A DNA stretch of 64,000 bases from Macrostomum lignano. Taxonomy: Eukaryota. A program made the translations under genes and the position numbers. How positions within the stretch are numbered: position 1 is the first letter of the stretch; every line of letters starts with the position of its first letter. Below the pieces are notes generated by a model. That model had not been told where the DNA came from, made no database searches, and worked only from the letters and a program-made list of their open reading frames with translations. Positions 26,445-39,214 of the stretch are shown piece after piece. Where the stretch lies: contig NIVC01001758.1 of the NCBI GenBank assembly GCA_002269645.1, positions 62,001-126,000 on the forward strand, written 5' to 3'.

Positions 26445-26990
26445 AGAAGAAAGGAAGAGAGAATGGGAGGAGAGTTAGATAGAGGGGGAGAGAGGGAAGG
26501 AGAGTGGTAGAAGGAGGGGAGAGGGATAGGGAGAGGGATAGGGAGAGGCAGAGGGAGAGGGAGAAGGAGAGGGAGAAGGAGAAGGAGAAGGAGAGGAAGA
26601 GGCAGAGGAAGAGGCAGAGGGAGAGGGAGAAGGAGAAGAAGAGGGAGTGGGAAAGGGAGAAGGAGAGGAAGAGGCAGAGGGAGAGGGAGAGGGAGAGGAA
26701 GAGGGAGAGGGAGAGGGAGAGGGAGAGGGAGAGGTAGAGGCAGATGGAGAGGGAGAAGGAGAAGGAGAAGGAGAGGAAGAGGCAGAGGAAGAGGCAGAGG
26801 GAGAGGAAGAAGGAGAAGAAGAGGGAGTGGGAGAGGGAGAGGGAGAGGGAGAGGAAGAGGCAGAGGGAGAGTCAGAGGCAGAGGGAGAGGGAGAGGGAGA
26901 GGGAGAGGAAGAGGCAGAGGGAGAGTCAGAGGGAGAGGGAGAGGGAGAAGGAGAGGCAGAGGAAGAGGCAGAGGGAGAGGGAGTAGTGTA
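26445..26990. repeat. Polypurine (GAGGGA/GAAGGA/GAGGCA) low-complexity tract
   Basis: Direct inspection. Confidence 0.96.
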
Positions 26991-27404
26991 GGAATGTTAT
27001 CATATTTTTAGAAAAAATAGCTCATACTGCGAATAGCAATAATGAGTTAATTTTATGCAGTGATTCAACTCAGTCTAGAAAATGTTATTTTTTACTATAA
27101 GTAGTTTATGCTGCAAATGAAGTCTTTTTACAAAGCGTTTTCTTCAAAGTGCAATTTACAAGTACGACAAGTCTTTTTCCTTTTCACTACTCTTTGCTGG
27201 TAAAAGTCATTCAAACAAGGATAAGTTTTCTTCTTCAACAACTGCTTTCTTCATTCTGCAGCCCTGCATGAGAGTACTCGACTTCGCGTAGATGCTTCTT
27301 GATTGACATGGCTTCTGCATTGTTTGTGAGTGCACGTAGCCATCTAAAAATAGGAGATAACTTTCGGTGCTTGTAAGAATAACGAGACAAGCCTTCCTTT
27401 CCTT

Positions 27405-28365
27405 AATCAGTGGTTGGCTAGACTAGCAATCCATTCTATTTCTTCATCAGTGGTTGGCTAGACTAGCAATCCATTCTGTTCCTTCACCAGTGGTTGGCTA
27501 GACTAGCAATCCATTCTATTCCTTCATCAGTAATAGGCTAGACTAGCAATCCATTCTATTCCTTCATCAGTGGTTGGCTAGACTAGCAATCCATTCTATT
27601 CCTTCATCAGTGGTAGGCTAGATTAGAAATCCATTCTATTCCTTCATCAGTGGTAGGCTAGATTAGAAATCCATTCTATTCCTTCATCAGTGGTAGGCTA
27701 GATTAGAAATCCATTCTATTCCTTCATCAGTGGTAGGCTAGATTAGAAATCCATTCTATTCCTTCATTAGTGGTTGGCTAGTCTAGCAATCTATTCTATT
27801 CCTTCATCAGTGGTTGGCTAAACTAGCAATCCAAATCCTTCATCAGTGATAAACTAGATTAGCAATCCATTCTATTCCATCAGCAGTGGTTGGCTAGACT
27901 AGCAATCCATTCTATTCCTTCATTAGTGGTTGGCTAGTCTAGCAATCTATTCTATTCCTTCATCAGTGGTTGGCTAAACTAGCAATCCAAATCCTTCATC
28001 AGTGATAAACTAGATTAGCAATCCATTCTATTCCATCAGCAGTGGTTGGCTAGACTAGCAATCCATTCTATTCCTTCATCAGTGATAGGCTAGACTAGCA
28101 ATCCATTCTATTCCTTCATCAGTGGTTGGCTAAACTAGCAATCCAAATCATTCATCAGTGATTGACTAGATTAGCAATCCATTCTATTCCATCAGCAGTG
28201 GTTGGCTAGACTAGCAATCCATTCTATTCCTTCATCAGTGGTTGGCTAAACTAGCAATCCAAATCATTCATCAGTGATTGACTAGATTAGCAATCCATTC
28301 TATTCCATCAGCAGTGGTTGGCTAGACTAGCAATCCATTCTATTCCTTCATCAGTGATAGGCTTA
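27405..28365. repeat. 40-bp minisatellite TGGTTGGCTAGACTAGCAATCCATTCTATTCCTTCATCAG
   Basis: More than 20 units with variant subtypes. Confidence 0.95.
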
Positions 28366-28861
28366 GTGGTAGGCCTTCTATTTCATTGACAAATAAACAG
28401 AATCTATTATTTTCACCGACAAACATTAGCCAACTTTAATGGCTTATCCAGAGACCCAAATTTATGATTGAAATGAGGCAAGCTGGTCTGCAGGAAGTCG
28501 ATGTAAAACTATTCAGCTTTTTTTACACTCTTTCGCCAGACTGACTGACTGAGTTCACACTCTTCTCCATCCTTGATTCTGGTTGCTTTGTTTATCCATT
28601 ATGCCTCCGTCGTGTTATCCACCGCTTCCATGACAATGATATCCAAGGGGGAGTTGCCTCTTACTTGCTTTCAGCGGTTGGCTGATGAGCTTCTTGGGGG
28701 GACTGGGGGGTAGGATATGAATTATTGATCGACACGTCTTCCTTCCTCTGCTCTGTTTAGAATCAATAAGTCCTGGGGCAGCTGTGTTTTCAAAGAAAGC
28801 GTTGGCTCTCTTTTTGGAAGCAGATTTCATCGCCGTGCTTATCAAAGTTTTTTTACCAGCA

Positions 28862-30429
28862 ATGGCTGAGCTGTACTTTACTGCAATTCTGACTGTGGCG
28901 CTGAGCACTGCTCTAGCAACTGTCAACGCTGCCACCGTGACCTTCAAGTCCGAGGCGTCCTGTCCGACAGCGGCTGGCCGGGCCGCTCTGCCGACTGTGT
29001 CTGGCGCAACGGATCGGCGTAGCTGCCTGGTCGAGTGCGCTGTCAGGGCCGACTGCGCTGCTGTCAGCCGCGACTCCGACAGCGGCGTCTGCTATCTGGG
29101 CAGCTACGCGAACTGGACTGCCGACAGCGTCTGGCAGGTGAGACAGCGTGGACAGATTAGCGAAACTTCCCAAACCACCCTATTGAACTTCTCAACATCC
29201 CCTATTGAGCCATGGCACCTCAGCAACTCCCCATTGAGCCATGGCACCTCAGCAACTCCCCATTGAGCCATGGCATCTCAGCAACTCCCCATTGAGCCAT
29301 GGCATCTCAGCAACTCCCCATTGAGCCAATTGGCATCTCAGCAACTCCCCATTGAGCCATGGCATCTCAGCAAGTCCTCATTGAGCCATGGCATCTCAGC
29401 AACTCCCCATTGAGCCATGGCATCTCAGCAACTCCCCATTGAGCCAATTGGCATCTCAGCAACTCCCCATTGAGCCATGGCATCTCAGCAACTCCCCATT
29501 GAGCCATGGCATCTCAGCAAGTCCTCATTGAGCCATGGCATCTCAGCAAGTCCCCATTGAGCCATGGCATCTCAGCAACTCCCCATTGAGCCAATTGGCA
29601 TCTCAGCAACTCCCCATTGAGCCATGGCATCTCAGCAAGTCCCCATTGAGCCATGGCATCTCAGCAACTCCCCAGCTCAAAAACGCCGCAGGCCGCCGCC
29701 GCTCCAGCTGCCTGCCTGACCCACATCAAGCGAGCTCTGCTGCTGGCCTCTCTGGCCAGCAAGCTCCGGGCATTCTACAATTTTCGGATCTCGTTTGAAA
29801 ATTTAGCCGCTAGCAGCGGTTCGGCCTTGCCGCCGCTCCCTGCGGCTGTACCGATCAACGTCAACCGCAGCCGCAACGGGGCGTTCTTCGCCGCTAACCT
29901 GGCCGCCTACATCGACATCGCCGGCCCGCTGCATCTGAACGCCTCTACTGACGGATTCTCCTACTTTGCGAAATTTTTTGCCGGATTCCAATTAGCGAAT
30001 TTCCTGCCAGTTGGTCTGCACACGGTTTTCAATTCCACTGTGGACTCGCCGACCGGCTTCTGGAAGCTGCGCAGCAACGGCACCGAATTCATGCAGCGAT
30101 CCGTCCGGCCCGAGCAGCGCCAAGCCAACGGATTCGCCGGACTCGCCGTCAGCTTGGACCCCGATTCCCCCGCCTCTATCAGCCTGGGCCTGGCGTTCGA
30201 ACCCGCGACCCTCACCTATAAGTACTTTGTCGGTGGAACCGGCAAAATCCGATTGACTTCGCCTTCGTCGACCTCTGTCTCGCCGGATGCTGGCGTTGAG
30301 ACCGGCGACGCCCGACTTCGTATCGGCTACAACACGGTGGAGCCGCTGAATGGTCACGTGATTTGTTACGCAATCGCCGGAGCCGCCCTGACCGAGGCCG
30401 AGATGCAGCAACTCGACTCGCTGTGCTGA
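28862..30429 (+). CDS. Secreted PAN/Apple plus concanavalin-A/LamG-like protein, paralog B (about 337 aa); exons 28862-29137 and 29692-30429
   Basis: Signal peptide MAELYFTAILTVALSTALATVNA; RRSCLVECAVRADC...CYLG; phase-0 intron CAG|GTGAGA...CCGCAG|GCC; LASKLRAFYNFRISFENL aligns with LASRLLGFYCFRVGYENL of paralog A; both end in LDSLC. Confidence 0.82.
29180..29675. repeat. 29/31-bp intronic minisatellite CCCCATTGAGCCATGGCATCTCAGCAACT
   Basis: Fills the paralog B intron; the same family occurs inverted at 37045-37987. Confidence 0.96.
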
Positions 30430-30509
30430 CAGCTTCAGCAAGTCAACAAATCAAGAATGAAGAAGGATGATTTAATGTTTTGTTGTAATCTAGAAGTACA
30501 GTATGAAGA

Positions 30510-31112
30510 GCGGCATCTGTGACAGTGTCTGTAGCATCTGTGACCGTGTCTGTAGCATCTGTTACGGTGTCTGTAGAAATTGTGACAGTGTCTGTAGCAT
30601 CTGTTACAGTGTCTGTAGAAATTGTGACAGTGTCTGTAGCATCTTTTACGGTGTCTGTAGCATCTGTTACAGTGTCTGTAGCATCTGTGACAGTGTCTGT
30701 AGCATCTGTTACGGTGTCTGTAGCATCTGCGACAGTGTCTATAGCGTCTGTTACAGTGTCTGTAGCATCTGTTACGGTGTCTGTAGAAATTGTGACAGTG
30801 TCTGTAGCATCTGTTACAGTGTCTGTAGCAATTGTGACAGTGTCTATTGCGTCTGTTACAGTGTCTGCAGCATCTTTGACAGTGTCTGTAGCATCTGTGA
30901 CAGTGTCTGTAGCATCTGTGACAGTGTCTGTAGCATCTGTTACAGTGTCTGTAGAAATTGTGACAGTGTCTGTAGCATCTGTTACGGTGTCTGTAGCATC
31001 TGTGACAGTGTCTGTAGCAATTGTGACAGTGTCTATAGCGTCTGTTACAGTGTCTGCAGCATCTGTAATAGTGTCTGTAGCATCTGTGACAGTGTCTATA
31101 GCGTCTGTGACA
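30510..31112. repeat. 21-bp minisatellite GTGTCTGTAGCATCTGTGACA
   Basis: Direct inspection; explains the VSVASVT ORF. Confidence 0.95.
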
Positions 31113-31878
31113 GATGACTCACCGCTGTGTACTGTTTTTCTATGTATGTACCCACCACCTCAATGACAAATTGAAAATATAGATTTCGTCGATTCAAGAC
31201 AAGTGAATGATACTGAATTCAAATACAATTATCACCGAATGCATTCATTCATTTCTGTAGCATCTGTATCAGGGTCTGTAACATTATCTGCGAAATTACC
31301 TGTAGCAAATCTGTTGCAGTGTCTGTCAGTATAACTATAACCTTTCCAAGTCATAAACAATTTTCTACTTACTATAGATTATGGAGACCTCTAATAATTA
31401 CGAGTATATTGCTGAAAAGAACCTTTGCGTGTATAGAACCACACAATGTTTCCATTGCTCAACAATGTTTCAAGTACAATAGTTAAGAAAATACATTTGT
31501 ACTTGAAACAATGAACCATGCAGTATGCATTGTAATTCAGTAGGTATTTTAGGTTGGGTCTATAAACATAACAAAACGGTAAGCGATCACGCTACCCTTT
31601 GAGCAATTCGTTCTGGGAAATTCTACTCTTTGTTGGCATTGGTTGGGTACAATTTTTTTTCGGAAATGTTTGAGCAAATACAAGGCATCAAGGCATAGCT
31701 GCAGCTGAGATCGGGATAATGTAACCGTATACATGTTAACAGAAGACAGTCGAGAATGTAATCAATATCGCAGTTTAAACAGATATTGTGGACTCAGAAC
31801 AAACGAACAGCTTTATATTTCTATTGTATTTTATGAAAAAAAATAGAGATGGGAATTGTGCTAATCTTGCTGCAGTAA

Positions 31879-32110
<232 letters not shown>

Positions 32111-32169
32111 TGTATTGTGCGTAAGTAAAGTAATTATACAGGTACTGCCATCAGCGTTGTCATCGGAGC

Positions 32170-32535
32170 TGTGGGAAAAGCCTCAAAAGACCCCCCGTTG
32201 GAACCGCTGTCAATTTTACCTACAAGCCTACCTACAATGGCCACGAGTTGCGTGTCTTAGGACGACTGTCCACTCTCATTGAATATCGCGGACCGACCCG
32301 GCCAACCTGACCATAGCCCAGGCCTTCAAATCATTTAGCTTGCTTGAGTCGCAATCTCATAGACGCCAACCAAGATTTCAGTGTTACGGCCAACGCCAAA
32401 ATCACCTTTGCCACTGATCACCACACTTCGCACAGTCTTCACACACTTCGGTGTTCCAGAATTGCTCGTGTCCGATAATGGCCCTGAATTAATCAGCCGT
32501 GAGCTTCAGACCAACGGGATCCGGAAGCTGAGTCC
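32170..32535 (+). mobile_element. Internally deleted Ty3/Gypsy relic (protease-like and integrase-core fragments)
   Basis: Manual translation gives TYNGHELRVLGRLSTLIEYRG (protease-like) and FTHFGVPELLVSDNGPELISRE...NGI (integrase core SDNG motif). Confidence 0.65.
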
Positions 32536-33250
32536 CCAAGATTATTGATGGAGAGATAGTGCACGGCTTGAGAGTGTCTGCAGGCTGATTGATCTACCAA
32601 GAATTTTTATTTAGAGTGCTTTACGTCTATCATGGTAAAAACCATGATTAACTGCATTCTCTTGTTGGCTATACATGTACCATTCGGCAATGGTAAGTTG
32701 TCTATTTGGTTTCAGAGTAAGACAACGCTCAATCGCCACGAGTGGCTTCGCCATGATGAAACCATCTGGACAATATAGCACTACGAGCAAGCAATTTAAT
32801 CCAAGATAGCAAAAACACATGCATTTTGAGCCTCACTGCTAGTTGTCTATGGTAAAAAGTGTGTCAACCCGGCAGGCAATTTAATCCTTGGAGCACTCAT
32901 TTAGGCACTATCTTGCTCGGCCCTTCGATTTATTTCACGCATGCCTCCAACCAAACCAACCAGGAAGCTCCATATGAAAAAGTTACGACGTAGAACAAGG
33001 TTCAGCAAAGAAGTCCACTTAACGAAACCTGCATATATAGAAACACAGAAAAGTTTTTACATGTACGTTTAGACTTCAGTAAGTTACATAATCACCTCCC
33101 CAGCGATGTAGCGCGGAACATAGCGCAGCATCTGCCTGAACCAGCCGCCGCACTTCACAGGTTAGATAGATTATCAATCTATGCTTTTCGTCGCTAATCT
33201 TAGCATATTGCACAGGTGGCGCTCCGGCATCTTCGGCAGAGATTCCGTCG

Positions 33251-33780
33251 ATGGCGCTGATAAGCGAGTTGAGCCATGAAGACAACAGCAAGGATAAAGA
33301 ACTGGAACGATTTATTAAGTTTATCAGCGACTTTAGCAACAATGACAACAACATCGCGGGAGTAGAGCTGCCAGATCTTCCGCTGTCTACCAGCGCCTCG
33401 ACAGACGGTGCCAGCGTGAGTGTCTTGACAAGATGGATTTGGATTCTCTCCCTAGAACTACGCGAGATCAAATGCAACAGCATGGAGAGAAGTTTGCGAG
33501 CTACATGAACTCCCTGGGCCACCTCTGGATGTTCTACGAACGGTGGAGCTGGAGAAGCTTAACGAGCACCTACGTCTTTACTATTTTGGCAAACATAAAC
33601 AAGCTGTTTGTTTTGGAAAAGTAAAGACGTAGGTGCTCGCTAAGCTTCTCCAGCTCCAGAAGCTCCAGCCAAGCCCAATGGCGAACTGTATTCAGCATCA
33701 AGACTCGTCTGCATCAGGGCTGCCATCCAGCGCTTTTTCAACTACATCGTGAAGCGAGAAATAAACATCATTGATTATGT
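33251..33780 (+). pseudogene. Crypton (DUF3504/tyrosine-recombinase transposon) N-terminal fragment, disrupted
   Basis: Across shifted frames: LPRTTRDQMQ...FASYM, LDVLRTVELEKLNEHLRLYYFG and KPNGELYSASRLVCIRAAIQRFFNYIVKREINII. These resemble the conserved Crypton/ZMYM/KCTD1 motif (E-L---L--FY...G--YS--SL--IRAAIQR...NII). No catalytic domain follows. Confidence 0.65.
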
Positions 33781-34089
33781 ATCAGATTAAACATGCCTTT
33801 TGAGGGAGTTATTTGTATAAATCACGAGGGCCTGAGGCCCGAAGGATTTATGAAAATAACTCCCGAAAAAGGCATGTGTAATCTCTTATAAACCATAGAC
33901 AAAGACTTTACGGGATATTATTGAATATTACCAAATAAAATACCGGAGAACGCAAATATTGTCACGGAAAGTCTATTTCTATGAATTATTATAAATCAGA
34001 CCATTAGTCTATGGTCAAAGCATATTGAACGTGCGACAATCAGAAGCATTGCCAGTAGGCTTTGTCTATGTTACTTATAGTAGTTTACA

Positions 34090-35053
34090 TTGTATCGCAT
34101 TTGGAGATCCCTACACACCTGTTGCTGCGCAAGTTTCCGCTTGATGGCCGCCTTCAAACAGAAATGCGCACACTCGGTCGGGTTTAGAAATGGAGAATAT
34201 GGAGGCAGTACTACAACCTGCCAGTTCAGCTCAAACTGCTGGAGATCCTCAGCCCGTTATGGAAACGAGCTCCATCAATTAATGATGACTAAGAAGTTGT
34301 CGGCATTGTCTACGTCATCTCGATTGTTGACAGCATGGAGCAGCTTCTCGACAAATGCTTGAAACACGTTTGCAGTCAGTGTGTGACCGACAATCTTGTG
34401 GTGTACCAAGCCGAGATTTGGTGCCACTGCCTGCAGGACATTGATCTGAACCCCACGCTGCGTGTGCAAGACACGTCGGACTCGCTGGCCACGTCTGCTG
34501 CGTCCTTGGGACCGGCGAGTCCAAATGTTGAAACCGGTCTCATCAACATAGTAGATGAGGTGACGTTCAGATGGAACACCAGTGAGCCAGTGAGCAAATT
34601 CTCATCGGCGTGCCCGGTTTTCAGGACTATTCCTGACCACTGGCACATCGGCGTCTCGACCAAGGCACTTCAATGTAATCAGCTGTTTGTCCAAGGTCTG
34701 GCTTACAGTTGTAGTACTCACTTCGAGGCCTGGATAGGTGCAAAGCGGTTGGATGTGTTGCTCTTCCAATTTCGATGCTCGATCTCCACCCCGTCGGTCC
34801 CGGCGGTCCCGGCGTCCCGTGATTTTCATAGCGACGCCTGATAGAATACACTGGTTTTCTCTTTACGTCCAGACATCGCTAAATGTGCTCAGCACTATCA
34901 ACTCTCTCGATGGCAGCGACAATCAGGTCGTACTTTTCGTTTCTTATCTTGCGATAGCGTTCTCGCCCTGCAAGATTCTGTTCATTCACTGCAATCTTGG
35001 GCTGTAGCAAAATTTTCGTCACTGCTCTGCTCGATAAATTCTTCGTCTACCAT
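34090..35053 (-). pseudogene. Tc1/IS630-like DDE transposase pseudogene
   Basis: HTH-like YRKIRNEKYDLIV...RGGDRASKL; first Asp in IYYVDETGFNIW; second Asp in IDGARFH; Glu in LPPYSPFLNPTE; multiple frameshifts and a stop. Confidence 0.85.
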
Positions 35054-37044
35054 ATCTTTGTCTAATGAAATCTGTTATTTTCTATTGTCTAGGGCTTGCA
35101 CAACTGTGAAAAGATTAATAGCGCGCCCAAATTCTCAAATTGGTTGCTCCATAGACCCCCTTTCGGGCCATAGACAATGAAAAGCAAGTCTTCAATAGCT
35201 TGATTTTTCCACTAAGGATTTAATTGCTTGCTCCTAGACTCAATTGGCTTAAAAATGCTATATTTTAAAATAAAAAAATTCTGTAATTATAGTATCTAAA
35301 AAACGTCTTATAATCACAAGAGTAAACCTTTTACTTGTTTTATTTTTTGTAGCTTCGGTTATATTTTTTAATTTCTAATGGCCGCATCATTTATTCTTTA
35401 AAGCGCTCCCGAATGAAGAATGAATAAATCAACAAATTACGGTAAAATATTATGCGCCTGCAAGTTATTTTTCATGTTCGTTAAAGTCATTATTTAGATA
35501 AACTATTCAAATATTATTTTCACATATTTGTCTTCCAGTTTATTGCAGGCCAATCAACTAAAATGCGAACTTTTGTCATTAACTGGACTTAACTTAGTAA
35601 TATAGTAATAGTACCAATTTAAAAGAAAAAAGTAAAAGTCTTGTTTGTTTTTTGCTTATTTTATTTTATATTTGTGTCACTAATTTATTGCTTGGAACCC
35701 TTGCTAGTTCCCTAGCTTGGTCCCTCCTATTATAGTAGTATGCTTAGTCCCTTTCCTGGTGTAACATTTTTACCAGTCATAGCCATAGTCATAATTATAG
35801 ATTATAGTATCAAAAATATATAAATAGCGGATAGTGAAACAGTCTCCCTTTACTAGAAAATTAATTGTCTTTGATTGATAGATTAAGAACCTAGCAGTTC
35901 TTTATTTAAAGTAAGATATTGTTTATAAAATTTGGGCACTAAAGAATAGGCCCCTAAACTGGATGGGGTACTGAAGTGCCAAGTACCAAAATACTTGGCA
36001 ACCCTATGATTTTGATATTAGGCCCCAATGAAAGTAGAGGTTAGATGTAATCAATCAGTGGCATATGCTTATATACAAGGGAGGGGGAGGCCAAGGGGCT
36101 GAGTGCTGCTTCCACTTTTTATTGGCATGGCTGTACTTAAAAAAGTCCTTTTTTGTTATAACTCTTGCCCAAAAAGGTCTTTTATTTTTGCAATCAAAAA
36201 AGGTCCTGACTCCTTTATTATAACAACTTGTTAATGGCAGCTCCCACAATGCAAAATCCTATGTATGTCACTGTAATCAATATTTTATCATTTTGGAATT
36301 AGGTAGGATTCAGATCTTAATTATTGATACAATTCTAGGATTTTAAGATTGAGATCCAATTTTAACTCTAGTTTGTATACATATATATAATTATTTAAAA
36401 AACCTTTCTAGTAAGATAATTGTAGTAGGGGCCTACGCACTATATATAGAGCATTTTTGATACACTAAGTATGCTAATAAAGTCTTGAATATGTGCCCTA
36501 TAAAATATAATTATCAATTTTTTGTTTCTATAAAGTTAAAGAACAATTATATTATAATACTAGTAATGCATTAAAGGTATCAAGGCATAAAAAAGTAAAT
36601 ATAAAGAAGTATTTACTTGCTTTTGCTTTTGATTGTGCCCTTGTATGCAAATAATATATAACAAGTAAAAATACCTTTACCTTAGAGGTAAATAGACTTT
36701 CAATGACTATATGAATAGTACATTATATCATAAAAGATGCAAAATATATTACCTTTTGTCATTATATAATAGCTGGGTCTTTCTAAGGCTAATAGAGGGA
36801 CTAGGCTTTTGGATATATAAAAATTTGAATATATTACAATTTAAGCGACATTTGTCAATGATTTCAAAATATTTACTGTATATTTTTGTGATTTTAGCAT
36901 GGTAGAAGCTGGCTTTCAATAGTGCTGTAGAGGATTTGATATGTAGAAATGGTTATGAGGACTTGTCTTAAACAGAATTTATCTAGCTATAGAGTATTTT
37001 ATTATGTCAAGTTATACTTTACCACTACTAATAGTATTGCCAAG

Positions 37045-37987
37045 GCTCAATGGGGGGTTGCTAAGAGGTCATGGCTCAATGGAAAGTTGCTGAGATGCCA
37101 ATCGACTCAATGGGGAGTTGCTGAAATGCCATGGCTCAATGGGAGTTGCTGAGATGCCATGGCTCAATGGGGAGTTGCTGAGATGCCAATTGGCTCAATG
37201 GAAAGTTGCTGAGATGCCAACCGACTGAATGGGGAGTTGCTGAGATGCCATGGCTCAATGGGAGTTGCTGAGATGCCATGGCTCAATGGGGAGTTGCTGA
37301 GATGCCAATTGGTTCAATGGGGAGTTGCTGAGATGCCAATTGGTTCAATGGGGAGTTGCTGAGATGCCAATTGGCTCAATGGGGAGTTGCTGAGATGCCA
37401 ATTGGCTCAATGGGGAGTTGCTGAGATGCCAATTGGCTCAATGGGGAGTTGCTGAGATGCCAATTGGCTCAATGGGGAGTTGCTGAGATGCCAATTGGCT
37501 CAATGGGGAGTTGCTGAGATGCCAATTGGTTCAATGGGGAGTTGCTGAGATGCCAATTGGTTCAATGGGGAGTTGCTGAGATGCCAATTGGTTCAATGGG
37601 GAGTTGCTGAGATGCCAATTGGCTCAATAGGGGAGTTGCTGAGATGCCAATTGGCTCAATGGGGAGTTGCTGAGATGCCAATTGGCTCAATGGGGAGTTG
37701 CTGAGATGCCAATTGGCTCAATGGGGAGTTGCTGAGATGCCAATTGGCTCAATGGGGAGTTGCTGAGATGCCAATTGGCTCAATGGGGAGTTGCTGAGAT
37801 GCCAATTGGCTCAATGGGGAGTTGCTGAGATGCCAATTGGCTCAATGGGGAGTTGCTGAGATGCCAATTGGCTCAATGGGGAGTTGCTGAGATGCCAATT
37901 GGCTCAATGGGGAGTTGCTGAGATGCCAATTGGCTCAATGGGGAGTTGCTGAGATGCAATGGCTGAATGGGGAGTTGCTGAGATGTC
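37045..37987. repeat. 31-bp minisatellite GGCTCAATGGGGAGTTGCTGAGATGCCAATT
   Basis: Reverse complement of the 29180-29675 unit; about 30 units. Confidence 0.97.
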
Positions 37988-38569
37988 ATGAAGGATAAGA
38001 ATGATATCTTAGCCTCTAATAGTAGCATCAAGGATTCTAAATCTAGGCATATAATCCTAATTTTTTTCAAAAAGTCTCAATTCGTTTTTTTGCTTCATGT
38101 TGCATACGCTGTTTTAATAGAAAAATATAGTTATTGTAGCTGGCTTTGGAGCAGAGAGCAGTGTGTGGGTGTGTGTGCGCTCTCATTTCAATCCAATCTC
38201 AATCTAAATTCATTCTTAAATCGTGCCATTCGGCTGTAATTAAACGGCATTAAAAATCAATTGTGCATAAATAGCCTGTAGCCAAGTGTGCGTGAACAGT
38301 AAGTAGATAGACGTTCTAGAATATATAGAAAACTGCTACAATTCAGATTTAATCTTAAGGAAACTTCACGCTACACTCAGTCTTGCGGGTAAATTTAGAA
38401 TAGCTATAAGATTCAATAAGCCTTTTATTCACTAATGAAACAGAGTCGAACAGCGAAGCATACTCGTTCAACTAGCTTTCCTTTGGAGCTCTGCGCACAC
38501 GGGCGATTGCGTCTGAACACTGAGTGAGCGACTTGTGCTGCATTTGGATCTTGGAGAGTAGTCACTGAA

Positions 38570-38985
38570 GGACCGGAGGGCAGCAGCAGCAGCAGCAGCG
38601 GGCACTGAAGGATCGGAGGGAGGCTACAGCGGGCACCGAAGGATCGGAGGGAGGCTGCAGCGGGCACTGAAGGATCTGAGGGAGGCTGCAGCGGGCACTG
38701 AAGGATCGGAGGGCAGCAGCAGCGGGCACTGAAGGATCGGAGGGCAGCAGCAGCGGGCACTGAAGGATCGGAGGGCAGCAGCAGCGGGCACTGAAGGATC
38801 GGAGGGCAGCAGCAGCGGGCACTAAAGGATTGGAGGGCAGCAGCAGCGGGCACTGAAGGATCGGAGGGCAGCAGCAGCGGGCACTGAAGGATCTGAGGGC
38901 AGCAGCAGTGGGCACTGAAGGATCGGACGGAGGCTGCAGCGGGCACCGAAGGATCGGAGGGCAGCAGCAGCGGGCACTAAAGGAC
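38570..38985. repeat. 31-bp GC-rich minisatellite GGGCACTGAAGGATCGGAGGGCAGCAGCAGC
   Basis: About 13 units, upstream of MFSD13A. Confidence 0.95.
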
Positions 38986-39214
38986 AGGAGGTCATATAGC
39001 AGACAGCTACTGAAAATATCTCTACACAGAAATGTATCTCTATAATTTTGCTAATCAGACACCGATGCTATTAGAAGATTGGTGCTTTTTAAACACAAAA
39101 ACTGTAACAAATCCATTTTGCAGCCAAAGCCGCGGCCCCAGCCCCATTTGGCCTGCAGTCGCTGACATCGCCGGCGCTCCTTTGTTCACCGCGCCGTCCC
39201 ACCAAGGCAGCGGA

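Larger units (their letters stand above)
32784..35234 (-). mobile_element. Putative Tc1/IS630-superfamily element bounded by imperfect TIRs and TA dinucleotides
   Basis: Left TA|CGAGCAAGCAATTTAATCC against the reverse complement of the right end, TA|GGAGCAAGCAATTAAATCC; subterminal GTCTATGG motifs in opposite orientations near the two ends. The boundaries are tentative. Confidence 0.5.

Noticed and set aside
26504-26991. Glu/Gly-rich or Arg/Glu-rich ORFs
   Set aside because: Polypurine low-complexity tract.
30503-31166. Cys-rich or VSVASVT repeat ORFs resembling mucin or adhesive proteins
   Set aside because: Coincide exactly with a 21-bp minisatellite after the paralog B stop; no signal peptide or splice support.
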